A program made the position numbers and the translations under genes. Positions 48,786 to 62,674 of a DNA stretch of 64,000 bases are shown here, piece after piece. The DNA lies in contig NC_092345.1 in NCBI RefSeq assembly GCF_963676685.1, positions 85,188,001 to 85,252,000 on the forward strand, in the 5' to 3' direction. The stretch is from Mytilus edulis (Eukaryota). Numbering within the stretch: position 1 is the stretch's first letter; every line of letters starts with the position of its first letter. The notes under the pieces are model-generated. The model was not told where the DNA came from, did not search any database, and worked only from the letters and a program-made list of their open reading frames with translations.

Positions 48786-49709
48786 ATAAGAGGCTCCCAA
48801 GAGCCAGAATCGATCACCTGTAATTTTTTGGCTTAAATCTTTCATCAATGATTATTTCTTTCTTTTCGATATATATTGATGATTGACTTTTAAAAATTAA
48901 ACATGCCATTTAAGCGCTCTTTGTATTTGTCATATTTTCTGCAAAAGCAGAAAACTGCATTATTATTCCTCAGTTCCATTTTAGCCATAGAGGCTGTTTT
49001 TCTTGACGTACAAGGAAATAAACTAAAAGAATTATACTAGATACTCTGAAACTCATACAGCCCATGAAGTTTGGCTGAAATTGATTCCGCAGTTTTAAAA
49101 AGAGACGATTTTTTAAAGTAAGCAAACTACAAATGTAAATGAACAAATTGTAATAAATTGTCTTTAAAGGGCAATAACTCATAAAGGGGTAAATTGACAA
49201 TTTTTGTCATAAAAACTTATTTGTAGATCTTACTTTGCTGAACATTTTTACTGTTTACAGTTTATCTGCATCTATATAATAATATTCACGATCAAACTGA
49301 AAACTGCAAAATTTCATTAAATTACCAATTCAGTGGCAGCAACCCAACAATGGGTTGTTAGATTCATCTGAAAATTTCAGTGCTGATAAAACTTGGCCTA
49401 ATGAACACTTATACCGCATGTTAGTTTGATATAAATGTTTTTGTTTTTGAGATGTAAGCCAAAAACTGTATTTTACCCCTATGTTCTATTTTAATCCATG
49501 ACGGCCATGTTTTTGACGAAACAGAAAATAAAACACAAACTTTATTCTAGATACCCTACGGACCATTCAGCTTAAGTTTGATTGGAACTTGTTTAGTGGT
49601 TTTAGAGGAGAATATGTTTGAAATATTTTACACTGGACGGCGGACCCCGACGACGACGGACGCCAAGTGATTTCAAAAGCTCACATTTCCTTTGGAAAGG
49701 TGAACTAAC
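48786..49709 (-). mobile_element. HINE-like non-autonomous element
   Basis: Left hairpin ggctc-ccaa-gagcc plus tcacctg; right (gac)n microsatellite and agctcac...ggtgaact hairpin. A decayed relative begins near 16917. Confidence 0.65.
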
Positions 49710-52700
49710 AATAATGCGCATCTACTTGTAGTAATGAAATCATATCCAATCTTATAAAAATATTGAACTCGGATTTCGTTATATTACACACGTATGTAAT
49801 ATAACGAAATCTAAGTTCCATGTTTTAATTAGATTGAAATCATATCAAACACGTAGTTGCAATTATTTCTAAAATAAGACACTGTCTAATGCTATATGTG
49901 TGCATAAGAATAAAATAATATATTTGTTAACTGTATGGTTTAAAAAAAAAATAAAAGTTGAAAATATCATTGCATCATAAATTTGAGTAAAGATTATACA
50001 ATATTACTAACTCAATCACATAACAGTTATTAGCTTCTTAACTTCAAATGTAAAGACATATACGTATTTATTTTTAAAAGACACGTGCTTGTGGAAACAA
50101 ATGTCAGCAGAATTATGCTGCAAAAAGTAAAATCATAAAAATACTTAACTCCGAGGAAAACTAAAAACTGAATGTCCCTAATTAAATAGAAAAATCAAAA
50201 GCTAAAACACATCAATCGAACGAATAACAACTGTCAGTCATATCCCTGACTTGCTACAGGCATTTTATAGTGAAGAAAATTGGGACTAAACCTGGTTTCA
50301 TAGCTAGCTAAACCTCCAACTTATGACAGTCGCATTAAATTGTACAACTTTGCGTTCTGCTATATGAAGCTGCAGTCTAGTCGAATGTGCAACTGTTACA
50401 TTGAATTGGCAGGATTCACTGTCGGCATCTTTTCGTGAGGTCACAGACGAACCGATTGACGTACAGTGGTCACGAAAGAACCGATTGACGTACAGTGGTC
50501 ACAGAAGAACCGATTGACGTATTGGCTGGCCCATTATGATGATCCAGTCATCATTGAACAGAACTGGGATGTATTTATAGTCGCAGAACAGAACTAGTTC
50601 ATGTCTGACGTCAAGCTCAAAGCCTATTGACAACACCTTTGATTTTTACGCTAACTGAATGCAACCAAAAATGTTCACACAATTCAAATCACTTTGGCTT
50701 GAAATTCTTGGATGACGTACTGCAAAATGCAGCTGTTGCTTCTGATAATACAACCCTTTTCACAAGTATTCCCCATTCAAATAATATAATATATGTTTTG
50801 CTGATTGTTGAATGTAGAACGTTGGCTTTTAGATGTTACTTTCTATCTGGGACTATTATACTTTATAGTATAATAGTGCCAGCTTCTATGTAATTTTTTA
50901 TCTAGTGGAGAATTGTATCTTGAACAATCGTACCACATCTTATTATTATATTTGATTGTTTTGTATAATTTCACTGAGCTGTGCCTAAATTGTTAAAAAC
51001 AATAGAAATAGAGATGAGGACGATAACTGAAATGTTAAATAAAGATCGTATATCCTAGTGGTAATATATCACATATCATATATTATATGAAATTATATAA
51101 TGGTCAGGTGCGGATCCATGATTTCTAAGCAAAATGGGGGTAGGGGCGCCTGGCCGTGATCCTTCTAAGTCCGCCTCCAGTTGTTATTTGTCTCTGGTAT
51201 ATCAAAAAGTAAAATCACAAAAATACTGAAACTAGAGGAAAATCAATTCGGAACGTCCATAATCACATGGCAAAATCAAATAACAAAACACATAAAAACG
51301 AATAGACAATAACTGTTATATTCCTGACTTGGTACAGGCATTTTCAAATGTAGAAAATGGTGGATTAAACCTGGTTTTATAGCGCTAAACCTCTCACTTT
51401 AATGACAGTCAAGTTGTAGGAAAAAAGTGGAATGTTTTCTGTACTTTACTCTGTTTTCTAGTTATGTGTGTTTTAAGTTTCTTAGTCGTAAATAATGAAA
51501 AGAGGAAATGAAATGTGCGCATAAAGGACAGCAAACCAGCGACACAAAATTCATGCATCTAGGGTTCAAAATATGGTCTCCAACAACAGACAGGTGTCAA
51601 GCCTTTAGTCGTCTCCAAAATCTAGTTTGCTTGACGTGTTGTAAGCTTTGTCCGTCACTAATTAATTTTGGTCAATTCTTTTAATAAATTCATGTTTATT
51701 GTTTCTTTAACAGTTTGGTCAACCAATACTATAAGTATGGTAATTAACTGTATATAAATGGAAAATGTATTAAAATAATGTCATGTCGTGAAGGTGTGAA
51801 AAAGAGAAGAAAAAAACCTGACACTATTCGGTCATACGGAGTAGCAGTATTACATATATCTTAATCGTGTTCGAGGTTGGTGACATTATAATTTTGTTTG
51901 GATTAAGAGTGAACAACAACATCTCGTATACGTCAATGTGTCGCATCTTCAAGTATCGGTATATTTGTAGAGTTAATGCGTCCCCATAAAGGTAAATACA
52001 GAAAAGTGCTTACAAACGGAACCAAATTTATAAATCATCATTTTCATTCACAAATTTACTGCATTTTAGTACATATATTTTACCAAATGAAATATTACCA
52101 AAACCATAAAAACTTTTAAAAACATTTTATTGAAATATCATTCCACATGAAAATATGTATAGAGGGGCAGAATATACAAGCAACGGTTATTGTAGTTGCT
52201 ATTAAAGATAAAAGCAAAACACATTTAATAAGTGAAAATAAATTATCATATCAATGGTATTATCATGACATCAACTTTTATTTTTTTAACATCAAATAAA
52301 GAAGAAGAAAAAAAGGAAGAGAAAAGGTGTGTTTCCTGCACAAAACTTCTGTGTTTTGAATATTATATATATTCCAGGGTAAGACCATTAATTTGATTTA
52401 ATGTTTTCGATATAATTTGATTTTCTTTTTTTATAAACTTTGTAAATGTATATATAAAGCTTCTGGTGATGACAGGGTCTTTCTGCTTTTTCTTGTTCTT
52501 CTTCTGGTAGTATGGGATTTAAAAATATTCAAATTGTGGGTCAAAGAAGATCAGAAGTTATTAATGTAGAATATAAGGTTAAACTGATATATATGATCTT
52601 AATTCTCAACTTTTTCCTTTTTTTTATTCTACGTACCCTTCTGATCACTGTAAATATCAAGAATATCAAGGAATTGTATACTTAGACTTACCATACAAAT

Positions 52701-53017
52701 TCTTGAGAAGATTGCGAAGATCCTCGATATATACATGTAAGCATGAAACGGACATACAGAAAACGGCAAAAATACGGTGTAACTTGCATAAATTATAATT
52801 TTTGACCTAAAACTTATACAAATTTAACATATTTTCCTGCATTTTCGTATAATAGAATTGTTTGGATTCGGACTCGGACATCACACGAATTCCATAGCAA
52901 AAAAAAATCAAAATCGATCACGGTAGATAAGTTTGGAATGACCTTTGTTATGTGTAAGAAGTAGTAATTTGGAAGGACTAATAATCGAAATGGAAGAATC
53001 GGCAAGAAAAAATACGT

Positions 53018-56000
53018 AATTCAGTCATTTCAAAAAAATGTACATTTTCCGGTTATTGTCTATTGTCTGTTTTATTTGTAAGTTTGACATATTTTTTTAA
53101 TTTAACATAAGAGTTTACATATTGTGCAAGATAGTACATGCAAATATTAGTGTGCAAAAAGTTTCATATTTTTTTTATTTTCGTTGAAGTATGAAAATTC
53201 GCCAATTTCCATGCGTTCATTTTTGATAAATAACCTTTGCATTCAAATTATCTGTACATAAAACTGCAGTTAAAGGTAAACAGAATGATTTTTCTTCATA
53301 TAGTAACATCATAATTGAAAATAAATAACTTTCCATGTTTCAAATCATGACAACTTTTATTCCACAGTTACTGGAATGTCTGTTCATCAATATTTGTCCT
53401 TCCTGTTACTATTTATTTGTTTACGGAATAAAACTAGTTTCTCCCTAAAATAACGGCGGTTTTTTATGGTGACGTCGTAGGCATGGATACAGGACGTAAC
53501 GACATGGTGAAATTTTTTATGTGGAAAGATTTTGGTGATCAGAATCAAAAGATCGGTAGGTATTGATGTATGCGTACCTTTTTGTAATGTCTTTAATGTT
53601 ACCAGTTGATATATAATTTTTTATTGCATAAGACTAATAAAACACTTGTTACCGTAACTTAGGCATGGGCCGGAAGTATAAAAACACTACATCAATTATT
53701 AGGGAGCAACTATTTTAAAATCAATTTAAGTTATGTACTAATTTTTCCATCCTGTTACTGTCCTTCCTGTTACAAATACAGTGGTAACAGGAGGGACAAA
53801 AATGGTAACAGGATAGACATACTTTGTAAGATAACTCAAAATGCCTCTTACATTATCGCAAATAAATTGTTATACACATTTATGACCGTACGGTATATTA
53901 ATTCATAAAATGTACATTTGTATTGAGGTATTTCTAGAACAAGTCAAGTGCTACCTTGACTGGTAACAGGATGGACAAAATTATTAATTGTGCAACTTTT
54001 ATTTAAAATTCAGTTGCCGATATTACTGTACAGCTATAATTCAAGCGTGTCATATAGAATACGCATTGTTTCTTTTCAATACTCTTTGACTGCTTTACCC
54101 TTGCGATTTGTACTTAAATGTTTTCTTTAGTACCTGAACCTAATTTGGTTCATTTTGTTCCTTGATGTGTTATTTTGTTCTGCTTGGGTTGTAAAACTAT
54201 TATCATATTTTGCCAACATTTGTACTGGTTTCTTAGAGACATGATACTTTCTCATTACAGGCAAATAGAGATACAGACCCTGCGAGACGACAGCAACACT
54301 TATTACAAACAAAAGAATGTTTTTTTATTCCAAAAAAGGGGGGTTGCACAACATATAAATGTGGGTATATAATACCTCCGGTTGTGGTTTGAACTCCCCT
54401 GCCCTATTCATAAAATAACAATGTGAAAATCCCTTCTCCGTCACATATATATTTCACAGCTACCACTTTCATACTTAAATGAGATGATATTAGGAGATAC
54501 AAATATTAAAACACCAATTTAAGTCTACAGTAGGTGCATATTATGTACGTATGGGTCGACCCATTAATTGATATAAGAATTTCTACCCATTGATTTATTG
54601 TCTTCTTAAAGTTGCAGGTCATTGATATATTTGCCATTCCAAATATAAATACGCACATCAGCGGCAAATCTGTGTGTATTATTCATTTTTATCATTTTTA
54701 TAATGACATACGCCCCCCCCCCCTTTTTTTTACGCCTCCGTGCTTTTCTTTGCCAAAATAATTGAAAGACGCTGCTACAACTTCAAAAGTATTGGCTATC
54801 ATTCCGATTCAAAATAAAATCAGAACCTCTTCGTGAACTTATGGAGATGATCCAAAAATCCAAGAATGACAAGCCTTCATTCAGTGTTAAAATGTGTCAG
54901 ACACTAGATACATGTATACTAGTATCAGAATCCTTGACAATAAGAAAAAAATATTTTTAATTTCCGTTCAGTTGTATTGTTGTGTTCTTTAACATGTCCT
55001 CCTGTTTATAACATATGAAATTAGTTCTGCTTTTTACGTCTACATCTTAAACCTTCTCTAAGACGGTACGATGGGTAGTTGTTCTTGTGATTGGTTAGCC
55101 TCCAGTGGACACTTAAAGGCATATTCAGGAAGAGAATATGATAAATGAATAAGAACCAACATGCTGAACTTGGTCTTAAAAGCGGTAGATCACAGAAAGG
55201 CATGTCATCTTGTGTACTGATTTTTACGACTTGCGGCAATCAAATCTTACTTCATATTTCAATTTCAATATCAATTTTTTTATTTGTTTTTGTTTTGTTT
55301 TGTTTGTTTGACCCGGACAGGGTTGATATACGTATAAATGGTTCGTGTATGATGTTTAGATACTTATATCACCCGTTCGTATCCCTATGAAAATCAAAAT
55401 CCAGTTTTTTGTTATTGATTTTCGTGACCCAAATTATGTTTTGTCTCTACTGTTACCACTTTGTCCTCCCTGTTACCGCCTTTGTTCGTTCCTGTTACCC
55501 CAAAAAATGTGTAAAATAATTTTTACAATCAACATAAATGATCTATTGACTAAGTTTCCAGTCAGTATCATTAAAAAGGGACATAATAGTAAATTTTCAA
55601 TGCCACTGTCTCCACAATATTTTTTTAAGAGTGTTTGAAAAATAAGAAATGTGACGATTTTCCTGAACGTACCGACTATCTGCAGATTTTTTTTTGGTAA
55701 TCTACATAAATGATAAATGTAAATGTGATTTCAAATGAACACTTCTAGATGCAAATGTGAGCCACACTTTTCATTGGATATTTTCTTTTCTATTATCACT
55801 TTTGCTATCAGTTAAAAAAAGTAACAGGATGGACAAAATCTGACACAAGCTAGCACACAATTTTAAAATAAAATTTTCTCAGGTGTTGGTAAGATTGCAT
55901 ATTTTGAAAAAATATTAACAAATCAATATGCTATTGGTTTTTTAAGTTAATTTGCATTTATTTTAACTTTTTTTTTCAAAAAGTTCAGATTCCGAATTTG

Positions 56001-56025
56001 TACTTTATTTTGAAATGACTGAATT
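53018..56025. mobile_element. 3-kb DNA transposon relic with TIRs and repeated subterminal motifs
   Basis: aattcagtcatttcaaaa ... ttttgaaatgactgaatt, with imperfect extension inward. The motif tgtccwtcctgttac(c) or its complement recurs about ten times near both ends. Confidence 0.7.
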
Positions 56026-57340
56026 GCAATCTTTTTATTTTCAAAATAACTTGGTATTCCAAATGTGGATAACCAGAAGTTTAAAATAATCTTTAAAATA
56101 TGAATGATTCGATAGTATACAGACTGAACACCCGATTTTTTTAAAATGTCCAGCTACTATAAGTTATGTTACAATCTAAAGAAATTGTTCAAGTAATTTG
56201 AAGACGTTACGTTTGTGGACTCAGCTTTGTGCACGCCGTCTTTAAAGTATTTCACTATACAAATCCTTGCTGTAAGACTTTAAATCACAGGCAGTTGTAT
56301 TAGAATATTTTTCTGAGTACCCTTAATAGATCTTAATAATGGTTCTGGTAGGGAAAACAATTCCGCAAGTGCCTGTGCTTAAACTTCAGAGACAATCACA
56401 TATAACATATAATTTGTATTATACGTCTCTGTTAAATCAAGTTGTGATACAACAATAATTTTACTATAAAATTCCATTGGAATGCTATTGCTAGATGTCT
56501 TTGTGTCTCTGGTCTCTCCTATATCGTTTGGAGATAAATTTAAAGAATATTTGTAGGTATTTTTTTGTAAACTGGTTTATCAGCAATTGAAAAAAGTACA
56601 CGTTTTAAATGCGTGCAATCACATCAAATTTTAATATCAAGAATAAAATATCATAGAATGTTGTCTTAAGTTGACACAATAAAAGGGTTGTCATGACAAC
56701 AAATCAATAAATAATATATCAGCACCACGCACCTGTTGAATAAAACAACTCCGTCCAATTGGAGTCAAGATTACATATATCTGTAGACGTGAAGTTTTGC
56801 AGGAAGTGCCAAGGTAAATTATCAACAAAGGAGATTTGACAGACCATGCCTTACAGAAATTTTACACCGTAGTTTATATCTAACGTATATTGACAAGGAA
56901 ATATTTAAATGTAACACTACAGCTTCACTCTTTGACACTTGTAGCCTAATTCATGGACGAAAAAAAGGGGGAGGTAAAGAATTGGTCAACATTACTTTCA
57001 ACGCAAATGCATGGTAAACATGGTAAAAGTCGAAGTACTAGTTTATTTTTACAATGTACCTAACTTTTTTTAAATTTTGCATACCATAAAATGTTACATT
57101 ATACATTTAAATAAACACATGGAAATGAATTAAATTATTCAAGCTGAACATGAATTTAAGAGTTCTGTAAATCCCCAGTTTGATATATATATTTTAAAAA
57201 ATTATCTCCCTTTGATACTTCTGCTTGTAATAATATACTTTACAAGAACTGAATATTTCTGTGTACAAAATTTAACTAAGGATTTCTAGTAAATACCAAG
57301 GATTTGTACTATACAAATCCTTGTAAATACTATACAAAAC

Positions 57341-57375
57341 CAGAGACATATATATTAATACATTATATGTCTCTG
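57341..57375. mobile_element. 35-bp hairpin mini-element with 7-bp TSD
   Basis: acaaaac|cagagacatatatattaatacattatatgtctctg|acaaaac. Confidence 0.75.
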
Positions 57376-60300
57376 ACAAAACATAGGTGGATCCAGGGAG
57401 GGGCCTGGGGCCTGCCCCCCTTTGGTAGAGAAAATTTGGTTGATCATATAGGGAATCACAGAAGCACGATGGGATCATGTAATGAGTGACAAGGATGAGT
57501 GACTTGAATAGGTAGCTACCTAAAGCTTGATAGTATGAGGGCGAAAAATTTAGATGAAATATATAAGGTTGTTGATTATATCCTGATAAATTGTCTTTTG
57601 TTTATTAGGGTAGATGGGTTGCTGTATGTTTGACTTATCAACATCTCCTTTTATTCAGACTCCTGTAAACCAAACATAAAACTGTTAATTTAATATGTCC
57701 TGATGTAATGGGAGACCATTTAAGCAACAAAAAAATATGCTCTGAAAAACCTTTTTTTCAAATTAAACAGAATATCATATCAATAATTTACTGTTACTTG
57801 TGTAAAAGCATTTATTAACCTCTTTCCCTGAACAAGTTTTGTTAGCCTGATACATTTGAAGCTCATCAAATTGAAAAAGGCAATAAAAATGATCTTTATT
57901 GTGAAACTTTGCATTCTTCAAGTGCCCTTCGTTTCACCTTTTTTTTTTTAATCTGGGAGAAAATCTAGCCTCAGTAAAATTGCTTGATGTCAGATGAGAG
58001 ATACTACCGTTTTAGGCCCCCTCCATTTTTTGGACTATCAATGCATTTGAATGGGGATATATAGTTGTGACCTATTTGTCTTAATGAATTTACTGAAAAG
58101 ATTCTTATAGTAACACAACTAATCAAAGCATTAGTTACACTAAACATTGAAAAAGTAACCTTTTGCAATAAATTTACCCTAGTGTAACTTCTCCTTTTAA
58201 AAAATCAGTTCAAGACCAGGAATGGGTCTTCAATACAGCGAGAAAATCCCATGCATATATTCTTAATTTTGTTGTTTATTAATCAATCATGTTGGTAGAC
58301 ATTGCTGCATGTCCACTTTTACTAAGATTTGTGATTTAAAATCAAAGTAACAAGAGGTGAAATATCGCAATGGTTGTAATGTGTATTGATATTCTGTACA
58401 GCAAACAATCATGTTCAGAATTTAGTCTATTTACAACAGATTAAGTTAATCTGATAAGCAATTCATACCAGGAAGTTGTTAGCATAATTTCTGTCAGATA
58501 TGCATGTTAATTCAAAACATTATGGGGAGATAATCTTTACAAAGTCTTCTTGTTAATTACATTGATTGTTTGATGTGAATGACAAAGTCACTGACAATTT
58601 GATATGTAGATTCTTCAATGTATGCAGATGTTTTCACACATGAATTGAAACTCTCCAGATATTATTTTGAGCCTACAAATATTTTTGTTTAGAATATTTA
58701 GAACTCTTATGTTTAAAGGTAGTCTCCAGACAATGAAGTCAAGCTTCTAACCTTGGACGTCCTTGATAAATATCTAACACTTTCTCTGTGACATAAAAGA
58801 AAAGTTTTATGGTATATCATTGTTTTCTAAAGTGGGAGATCAGATCAGACTTGAACTTTTTTTTTGCTAAGTTGAAACCCATGTTAAATATGTAAACTTT
58901 ATTGAAAGTAAAATATAAAATTAAGTAAGCAACTTAAATGTACCATCAGTGCTGCAGGCACTTCTACGGTTCAGATGATACATGTATGCCAATAAACTTT
59001 CTGAAAATCTGTTTATACATATAATTTTGAATGACTGCAAATGCACGACACCTATGTTTAGCATTGTCACAAGCTGCTAAAAAATATTGTTAATTTCACA
59101 CATGTGACCTACATTTCACACTTCATTGACTTTGGTTCAGTTTTAAATATAAATCTAAGGTATTTGTCGATTTTACGCTCTAGTAAAGAAAATTCATCAT
59201 GTTATGCAACACTCAATAAAGTAAGTGCAAAAAGCATGACCAGGAAAAAAATGACTGTACTATAAATCTTGAGTCAATTTTGCAAAAATACTTATAATTA
59301 TGGCTAGGATTTATCTTAAATATAAACTGAATAGTTCATGACAATCAATCTTACTCATTTTTTTTTTGTGAAAGCTTCTCCTGAACTTTATTTGGCTGGA
59401 TAATACATAAAAGGTTAATTTTGAAGTCATTCCTGTGCTGGAATAATCTAAATTAACCTTGCCTGGAATAGTAGACAAGACATGTATGTAGAATAATTTG
59501 TAAAAAAAAGAAAAAAACATTCTTGCATGACTGGCAAAGCAATTCTAAATTTCAATTGCTCAATATCTAGTTTTCCCTAGTATTTCTACCTTCAGAATTA
59601 TTAAAAAAAGACTATATTTGTTCATATTTTATGCAACAAACTAGATTGTATCAGATCTCTGAAATTTAGTATCTACAATCATAAACATATTCCACAAAAA
59701 AAAATGAATAAGCAACTGTGTTTGATTTGACAAGTTTGGTCTTTGTTCATCATATTCCCTTGGAGACTTTGACAAGAAATGTTGTGTTGTAATTATATTG
59801 TGTGATCATTTGTGGTTATAGATATTGATTATAACAGACAGCAATAGAGCAGGTGTGCAGGTAAAATATTACCTGTATTCATCATATTTACAAATTGACC
59901 AATTGACCTTTTAATTTGGATAGAAATTGATTTTAGAAATATTTATATCAATTTGACAAGACAGGTGTTTTTTTTACCTGTCTAACAGAGGTGTATGCAT
60001 AGGATTACTTGATGTTCATTTAATTAGGTATTTATTGCAGTTCTCAGTTTGTTCAATTGATTAACTTTATAAAAGCAGATAAATTGAAAATTGGATAATT
60101 AAAATTGTGTGTAAATGTTGAACGTTCGTTAATGTACATTTGATGTTTTGAGTGAATTGTTTCCAAAATATCTATTTTACATATTGGATTTGTGATATTA
60201 TTATTATTTATGGTACATATCTGTTGATTTATTAAATCATCTATATTTGATGTGAAGACAAATAATAAAAGCCATTGATATTGGGAGTTATTTTGGTAAC

Positions 60301-60658
60301 TACGGTAAGCGCATTATAGGGAATTCATGTTTATAAGGTAAGGACAAATTATGCTATGACAGTGATGTTTGTACTGAATGCTAAATGAAATTTATTCCTT
60401 TTGTAAAGACAAAAACAATATCTTATTGCCTATATCAGAACTAGATCGAATGAAAGTTGAAAAATCTGCTCAAAATGAGATACCATGCTCAGAAAGCACA
60501 AGCTAGGTTGCTTTCATGAACACTGATTTCTAAAAAGTAGAATTATATTATTTTTACATACAATCAAGTGATAGATTAAAATCAAAAATTTATGTGCTCT
60601 TAAAGAAAAGTCATGTGAACTTCCAAAATGATGTTTTTTTTCCTGATCATACAGTATA

Positions 60659-61285
60659 TAACGTCAGAGTACCCAAATTGCACCTATTTTGACAGTTTTT
60701 TAACCTACGTTTATTTATACTTCAAACAAAAGTTTTCATTAAATGTTTATTTTGTAGATGTATCATTATTTATTATATTGTTTCACCAATTACATTTTGA
60801 ATCCATATGGAATCATAGAAAAATTGGTCTAAACTGACCACTGACCTCCAAACCATCAATGATTCTTAAATGAGGAGTACCCAAATTGCATCCGTGCTTA
60901 AATTCCCATCGTCAAAAGTCTAATAACAGAGCTTTTGTTTAATTATTTCAAATATTTTGAACAATTGGATTAGTCCATGCTTACTCTTCATTTTTTAAGA
61001 AATAGATGCTTGTAACATATTGTATTTGACCATTTTTAAAAAGATGACGTTTTGATGACGTCGCATGGTGACGTTTCAGTACATTTTGCTTTCTTTTTCA
61101 GTAAACACTTCATCTGTTGATAAATACTATGAACGTTTTGTGCATATCTAAATAGTTTTACCTATGTTGAAAGATGTGCATAGTATCAAATCATAAAAAT
61201 ACAAATTGTTTAGTCTCTAGGAAATCTTGTAAGATTTCCGCTGCTATTTTTTCTAAATAGGTGCAATTTGGGTACCGTTACGTTA
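60659..61285. mobile_element. About 625-bp MITE with ~31-bp TIR
   Basis: taacgtcagagtacccaaattgcacctattt ... aaataggtgcaatttgggtaccgttacgtta, with an internal repeat of gagtacccaaattgca near 60876. Confidence 0.85.
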
Positions 61286-61602
61286 GATCTTTGCACTCCT
61301 GACCAAAAGTATTAAATCTCTATATGATAACAGAATAGATCATCTTCAACTGGAAATTTCTAAAATTATCATTATCAATGTAAATATCAGATGAAAAATA
61401 TTGTATTATCAAACTGCAATTGTTTGCATTTACAAAGAAAATTACTTTTGTTTCTGTATGGTTTTATCAGTATTAGGTTTCAGAATTTCAAATGTTGATT
61501 TTTTTTAAAATTTTTGTTGAAATGTGTAGTTGGTACAGTTAAATTTGCTATTGATGGTTTTTCTGAAAGAGCTTTAGTTAGATTGAATGTGATAATCATA
61601 TT

Positions 61603-61747
61603 CAGTGGAGGGTCCAGGGGTAGGGTTCCAGGGGTTGGAACACCCCTTTTTGGGGGGCGATCAAGGCATTTGAATGTGAATGTTGGACCCCCCCCTTTTA
61701 TCCTGGGTTCGGAACCCCTCCTTTAAAAATGTCTGGATCCACCCCTG
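61603..61747. mobile_element. GC-rich MITE with 5-bp TSD (ATATT)
   Basis: atatt|cagtggagggtccag...ctggatccacccctg|atatt; internally similar to 16447-16600. Confidence 0.85.
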
Positions 61748-62494
61748 ATATTCAAGAAGTTGCTTTTCTATGGTGTATTATATTTTTCTTCAAGTATAGG
61801 TATATAATAGGATGTATATAAACTCATCTTATGAATTTTTATGTTTGTTGATTTTATAATATTTCACTGAAGGCTCTTTCCAGAAAAAAAGATGTCAAAC
61901 TAAAATTTCAAATTGTATCCTTTTATAATGATTCTGCAGTTAACAAAATGATTTAGTTTCAAATTGTATCCTTTTATAATGATTCTGCAGTTAACAAAAT
62001 GATTTAGTTTATGACTGTATTTTGTTTTTAGAAATCTCAACAACTTTCAAAATAATCAATTACTTTTTCAAAGAAAATAAAATATTTTTAGGCTTTTCTA
62101 CATTGTCTATAGGGGGTTAACTTTAAACCAAACCAACTAACATGGCCACTGTTACTATAGATACAAATAACAACATTACTATAGATACAAATAACAACAT
62201 AACAGGTAAAATAGTAAAAATCGGCTGCTTGTAAATGTTTTCATGCATTTCAGTATGTAGTAAGTGATGACCAAGGCTTATAAGTTTTTCCAGTAGACCT
62301 TCTTGTATAGGATAGTTTTCTGCTCTGTTCATCCCTCCTATATACATTTCTTGTTTTTTATACAGATTAGACCGTTGGTTTTCCCATTTGAATGGTTTTA
62401 CACTAGTAATTTTGGGGCCCTTTATAGCTTGTTGTTCGGTGTGAGCCAAAGATCCGTGTTGAAGGCCGTACATTGACCTATAATGGTTTACTTT

Positions 62495-62674
62495 CAGTGG
62501 CGGATCCAGAACTTTTCATAAGGGGGGGGGGGGGGGGGGGCCTGCTGACTGACCTAAAGGGGGGGACCCACTCCAATCATGCTTCAGTGATTCCCTATAT
62601 AATCAACCAAATTTTTGGAACAAAAGGGGGGCCCTGGCCCCCCAGGCACCCCCCCCCCCCTGGATCCACCTATG
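62495..62674. mobile_element. GC-rich MITE with 5-bp TSD (ACTTT), inserted in an abundant SINE-like repeat (about 62340-62750)
   Basis: acttt|cagtggcggatccag...ctggatccacctatg|acttt. The host repeat resumes with ggagagttgtctcattggc, a motif seen at many other sites in the window. Confidence 0.88.

Noticed and set aside
61907-62010. Exact 51-bp direct duplication (also a 29-bp triplet near 50440-50520)
   Set aside because: Ordinary local slippage duplications with no further structure.
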